From Desulfobacterales bacterium (GTDB lineage Bacteria > Desulfobacterota > Desulfobacteria > Desulfobacterales > JAAELO01): a DNA stretch of 64,000 bases. The DNA is taken from contig JAAELO010000508.1 in NCBI GenBank assembly GCA_024226555.1, forward strand, positions 43,279 to 107,278, given 5' to 3'. Below the pieces are notes generated by a model, which worked only from the letters and a program-made list of their open reading frames with translations, ran no database searches and had not been told where the DNA came from. Shown piece after piece: positions 60,310 to 64,000 of this stretch (position 1 is its first letter; every line of letters begins with the position of its first letter). Both the position numbers and the translations under genes were made by a program.

Positions 60310-61932
60310 ATGAAAAAACTCCAGGGAAATCTGGCTGGGTTAAAATCCAATCACAAAAAAAGATTAGATAAGCTTTATAAAAGACGAATACCGGTTGAGT
60401 CCATAATAACAAAAGAGGTTGCCGATGAGCTTGCAAACCTGTCCCAGGAAACCGGAAGACAGATTGGACTCCTGATAAACAGATCAGGTAAGATAATATA
60501 TGTAATTGTTGGAGATCAGCAACAAATCTACATCCCTGAAACTCCGGATTATATCTCTTCACATGGAAGAATGAAGGGCTTAAGATGCATACATACACAC
60601 CTTAAAAACGAAGAACTCACCCAGGATGATTTTACAGATCTGTCACTTTTAAAATTAGATATTATTGCTGCTATTACAATAAAAAACAGTAAAGCAGATT
60701 TAATACATTCCGCTGTCATAAACCCCTTATCTGAAGCTCCATACAGGAAATTAGATTCTGTTCCAGCATACAAAATTCCTGATGATTGTAATTTTCTTAT
60801 TGAAGAAACAGAAGCTGATCTTTCTAAGGCAGAATCTTTACATATTTCTGAAAAAGGCAAAGAAAGAGCCTATCTTGTCAAAGTTTATACAGGCTCTAAA
60901 AATGATGCTCAGGATTCGATGTTAGAACTTGTTGAACTGACAAAATCAAGTGGGTTGAGCGTTATAGATACAACCCTTCAAAAAAGAAAAAAAATAGATC
61001 CAAACTTTGTTGTGGGAAAAGGAAAGCTTTTTGATATTGCAATCAATGCGATGCAAAAGGGCGCAACTATTATAATTTTTGATAGAGAACTGTCTCCATC
61101 TCAAATAAGATCTATAACAAACCATCTTGAGATGAAAATAATAGATCGAAACCAATTAATTCTGGATATTTTTGCACAAAGAGCAAAATCAAAAGAGGGA
61201 AAACTTCAGGTTGAACTAGCTCAAATGAAGTACATGCTGCCAAGACTTATTGAAATGAACACTGCCATGTCAAGATTAACTGGTGGAATTGGTGGACGTG
61301 GGCCTGGAGAAACAAAACTTGAGGTAAACCGAAGAACAGTACGTGATAAAATAAATAAACTTGAAAAATCAGTAAAAAAAGTTAGAGGTCAAAGAAAACA
61401 ACAAAAAGCACAAAGGGTTAAAAAAAATATTCCCGTGGTTTCAATTGTTGGCTATACAAATGCCGGAAAATCAACTCTTATCAACTCTCTTACCAATAGT
61501 AAAATTTACGCAAAAGATCAGCTTTTTGCAACTCTTGACCCTTCAAGCAGAAGGCTGAGGTTTCCTAAAGATATTGAAGTTATAATAACTGATACTGTTG
61601 GTTTTATCAGAAGGCTACCAAAAGAACTTGTAGAATCATTTAAAGCTACTCTTGAAGAGCTTGAAAGCGCCATAATACTACTTCACGTTATAGACATCAG
61701 TAATCCTTCATATGAAGACCATATCAGATCAGTTGAAAAAATATTAACTGATCTGAATCTCCATAAAATTAAAACAATTTATGTTCTTAACAAAATCGAC
61801 CAGTGTGAAAGTGACATAATAGAAGCTGCAATAAACAAAACAAGCGGCTATGCCATTTCAGCTATGGACAGATCAACGCTAAGCCCCCTTTTAGATGAAA
61901 TTGAGAATCTGTTAACTATTGGAAACCTCTAA
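60310..61932 (+). CDS. hflX: GTPase HflX
   Basis: IFAQRAKSKEGKLQVELAQMKY, GGIGGRGPGETKLE, G1 VGYTNAGKST, DTVGFI. The last four codons (GGA AAC CTC TAA) lie inside a repeat element. Confidence 0.92.
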   Translation: MKKLQGNLAGLKSNHKKRLDKLYKRRIPVESIITKEVADELANLSQETGRQIGLLINRSGKIIYVIVGDQQQIYIPETPDYISSHGRMKGLRCIHTHLKNEELTQDDFTDLSLLKLDIIAAITIKNSKADLIHSAVINPLSEAPYRKLDSVPAYKIPDDCNFLIEETEADLSKAESLHISEKGKERAYLVKVYTGSKNDAQDSMLELVELTKSSGLSVIDTTLQKRKKIDPNFVVGKGKLFDIAINAMQKGATIIIFDRELSPSQIRSITNHLEMKIIDRNQLILDIFAQRAKSKEGKLQVELAQMKYMLPRLIEMNTAMSRLTGGIGGRGPGETKLEVNRRTVRDKINKLEKSVKKVRGQRKQQKAQRVKKNIPVVSIVGYTNAGKSTLINSLTNSKIYAKDQLFATLDPSSRRLRFPKDIEVIITDTVGFIRRLPKELVESFKATLEELESAIILLHVIDISNPSYEDHIRSVEKILTDLNLHKIKTIYVLNKIDQCESDIIEAAINKTSGYAISAMDRSTLSPLLDEIENLLTIGNL

Positions 61933-62112
61933 TAATTAGAATTTTATGAAATACAATGCCTATAAAAAATAACGAACCGTTTTCTACAGTTCTTTTTTTC
62001 AAATAACTTAGGTGTTTTGCATTTCAAACAACTCAATGTAAAGTGAAACTCATATACATTGTTAAAGAAAAGTCGCAGTCGTTCGGTCAAAAGACAATTA
62101 TATGAGATTTCC
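61921..62112 (-). mobile_element. MITE-like element copy (192 bp), inverted orientation, inserted in the 3' end of hflX
   Basis: GGAAACCTCTAATAATTAGAATTTTATGAAATACAATG ... ACAATTATATGAGATTTCC. Flanked by TATT (61917-61920) and TATT (62113-62116). Confidence 0.85.
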
Positions 62113-62136
62113 TATTAATTATAGATTTATATTTTT

Positions 62137-62835
62137 TTAATATAGCAGATTAATGTCAGATTCTCCTTTCTGCTTACAAGCATCACATAGGAATCTGTTT
62201 TTCAGGGGCTTGGAGTTACCACAGCCAGGTCTTGAACATATTCCATCCGATTTAACCTTTCTTCTTTGCCTTCTTTTCTTAAAATGATTCTCCCTTCTTT
62301 TAACAATGCAATCATCACAAAAAACTCTTGCACCATATTTAGGGCCAACTTCAAATGTTACACCACATTTTTTTTCCTGGCATATTTTGTATTCCATACT
62401 GAGGCTTTCACCATGTTTAATACAAATTCTTTTGTTCTTCACTCTGTATCTTTGTCCTTTGTACTCACATCCACAATTAAATACCCAATGTACATCACCT
62501 TCATGATATTTAGGTTTATTTTCCCTTTTAGATGCTTCAATATTCATGTTATTCTGCATTATTTTCTTTTTATGAAAAATTGTCATATCAGATACATTTA
62601 AATCCCTAGCCATTTCACAACCAGATGTATGGGTCCCTGTAAAGCATTTTGTGTAGATGTATTCAGAGATGGATCTGTATCCTAGTTCATTTACTCTTTT
62701 ATGAACCTCTTCAAATTTGCTAAATGTCTTAAAGTGGCTGGGTAATATGATTCCACACATTTTACGGTTGTTATTTTTTACTTCCGTCATTTCAATCCCC
62801 CTAATTTTCGAATAGTACTTATCCATTGCAATCAT
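62137..62835 (-). CDS. hypothetical HTH plus multi-zinc-ribbon protein
   Basis: HTH-like SGCEMARDLNVSDMTIFHKKK. Several Cys pairs: CGCE, CQEKKC, CDDC, CSRPGC, CDAC. No family recognised. Confidence 0.4.
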   Translation of the reverse strand: MIAMDKYYSKIRGIEMTEVKNNNRKMCGIILPSHFKTFSKFEEVHKRVNELGYRSISEYIYTKCFTGTHTSGCEMARDLNVSDMTIFHKKKIMQNNMNIEASKRENKPKYHEGDVHWVFNCGCEYKGQRYRVKNKRICIKHGESLSMEYKICQEKKCGVTFEVGPKYGARVFCDDCIVKRRENHFKKRRQRRKVKSDGICSRPGCGNSKPLKNRFLCDACKQKGESDINLLY

Positions 62836-63500
62836 AGTGTTTTGTTTGTTTTATGTATGTTATTTATTTGTAAACCCTGAATTTAGAGCAAGAGTATAGA
62901 AGATGATAGATTCACTTGAATTTGAATATATTAAGGCAATTTATCTGATATAAATTTACCTGGATTTTTAATGAACTATCTTCTTTTACTCTTGCTCAAA
63001 GCTGTTTAATTTCTGTGTTCCTGCGCCAAACTTAAATTCAGGGAATAGATTACTTTTTTTGATTAGAGTAGAATATCTGCATTTTCAAAATCCCCCATCT
63101 TTAAAATAGATTTTACAGTTAAAATCCTTTTTTTAAATTCATTCTACAACATAGTGTTGTCAAATAAGGTCACGATTATGAAAAAAAAGATAAATATTTC
63201 TTATCCCCTTGATATATTTACAAATACATTTATTTAAATTTTTTTTTATGCCAAATAATCATAGTATTGGTAATTTTTAAAATTATAATTTATTTTTTTT
63301 GATAAACTATCTAATACACTTCTAATACATATATTATTGCAATTCGGGTGCCACATCCCCATTTGTTTTGCTAAAATCCATATCCACTCGTTTTCATTAC
63401 CTTTATTCCTCCTTCAAAATATAAATGATAAAATGGTTTTGTTTTACAAAATTCAAAAAAAACAATAAATTGACGTTTAACGTCATAAAAACAAATCTTT

Positions 63501-63809
63501 CTAACTTCCTTTAACAAGATCTTTTAAGTCACTATTTTCTACACCAACTTTTGAAGCAACGACTAATATAATTCCTTTAACTATCCCAAGCTCAACCTTT
63601 ATATCACCTGTTTCCTCCCGATGACTCTTTTCGACCTGTGCTATAAAACCTTTAAGCTCATTTACTTCCTTTTCATGCTCCGTTTTTGTGATGTATTGAC
63701 CTGTCTCAGACATCCTATTGAAGAAATATTTTATAATCAGAGTTATTAGTTGATAAATGACAATAGCACATACAATGGTTAACGCGTTAAGACTGTTTGG
63801 TTGAAACAT
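63501..63809 (-). CDS. hypothetical small membrane-anchored protein
   Basis: 102-aa ORF with an N-terminal TM segment (LNALTIVCAIVIYQLITLII), then a charged helix. No family recognised. Confidence 0.35.
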   Translation of the reverse strand: MFQPNSLNALTIVCAIVIYQLITLIIKYFFNRMSETGQYITKTEHEKEVNELKGFIAQVEKSHREETGDIKVELGIVKGIILVVASKVGVENSDLKDLVKGS

Positions 63810-64000
63810 AAACCTTCCTTAATCCTTTATAATAGGCTTTTAAATTAATTAAATTAAATATTTACTGGGCAAATTATCTCAGTTTATATAAGGACAAACA
63901 ATCGTTACTTATTTTTTATACCGTCCCCAAATAATGTTCCATGTAAATAAAAGAAATTGCCCTTCTTTAAAAAAAAAATTAGAACTGTGAAATTGATCAT

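Noticed and set aside
6861-62112. Possibility that the recurring repeats are a CRISPR array or REP/BIME elements
   Set aside because: The copies are kilobases apart, occur in both orientations, are 85-240 bp long with terminal inverted repeats, and have 4-bp flanking duplications. There are no regularly spaced short repeats or spacers, and no GTAG-type REP palindromes.

Overview
AT-rich bacterial chromosomal window. Gene content looks like a sulfate-reducing Desulfobacterota (deltaproteobacterial) genome; the main pointer is a qrcABCD-type quinone reductase cluster. All calls come from reading the supplied ORF translations and the raw sequence by eye. No searches or alignments were run.

Gene layout:
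- Left third, minus strand: comF (partial at the edge), rlmB-like, gmk, remA/DUF370, yicC, DUF4416, a Trm112-like small ORF, waaA, lpxK, lptG, lptF, comEC, then qrcABCD.
- Middle: envelope and glycosylation genes, ygiQ, argJ, a ClC channel, Usp, and many signalling genes. These include HisKA_3 kinases, PilZ, a class I adenylate cyclase, an HDOD protein, HD-GYP and GGDEF proteins, plus ankyrin and LRR proteins.
- Right third: hemL, mpl, a NUDIX hydrolase, yfcE-like, rpsF-rpsR-rplI, dnaB, hflX, then an AT-rich, poorly coding stretch.
- I found no rRNA, tRNA or CRISPR array.

Main finding: a dense, apparently uncharacterised family of MITE-like nonautonomous elements.
- At least 12 copies of about 85-240 bp, plus fragments and decayed relics.
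- Terminal inverted repeats are approximately GGGAAYCTCTAATAA.
- Six copies have perfect 4-bp AT-only target-site duplications.
- The interior is modular and nested.
- Some insertions abut or rewrite gene 3' ends. hflX now terminates inside an element. The stop codons of dnaB and a response-regulator gene straddle element ends.
- Copies bracket the ankyrin, LRR and GGDEF genes.
- No transposase is present in the window.

Secondary observations:
- An unlisted 53-aa membrane ORF follows qrcD.
- A DUF1848 gene has a conserved N-terminus that can only be translated from a CTG, ATA or ATT start.
- A membrane-GAF plus small-ORF cassette is flanked by direct repeats.
- A receiver domain lacks its phospho-acceptor Asp and sits next to the adenylate cyclase.
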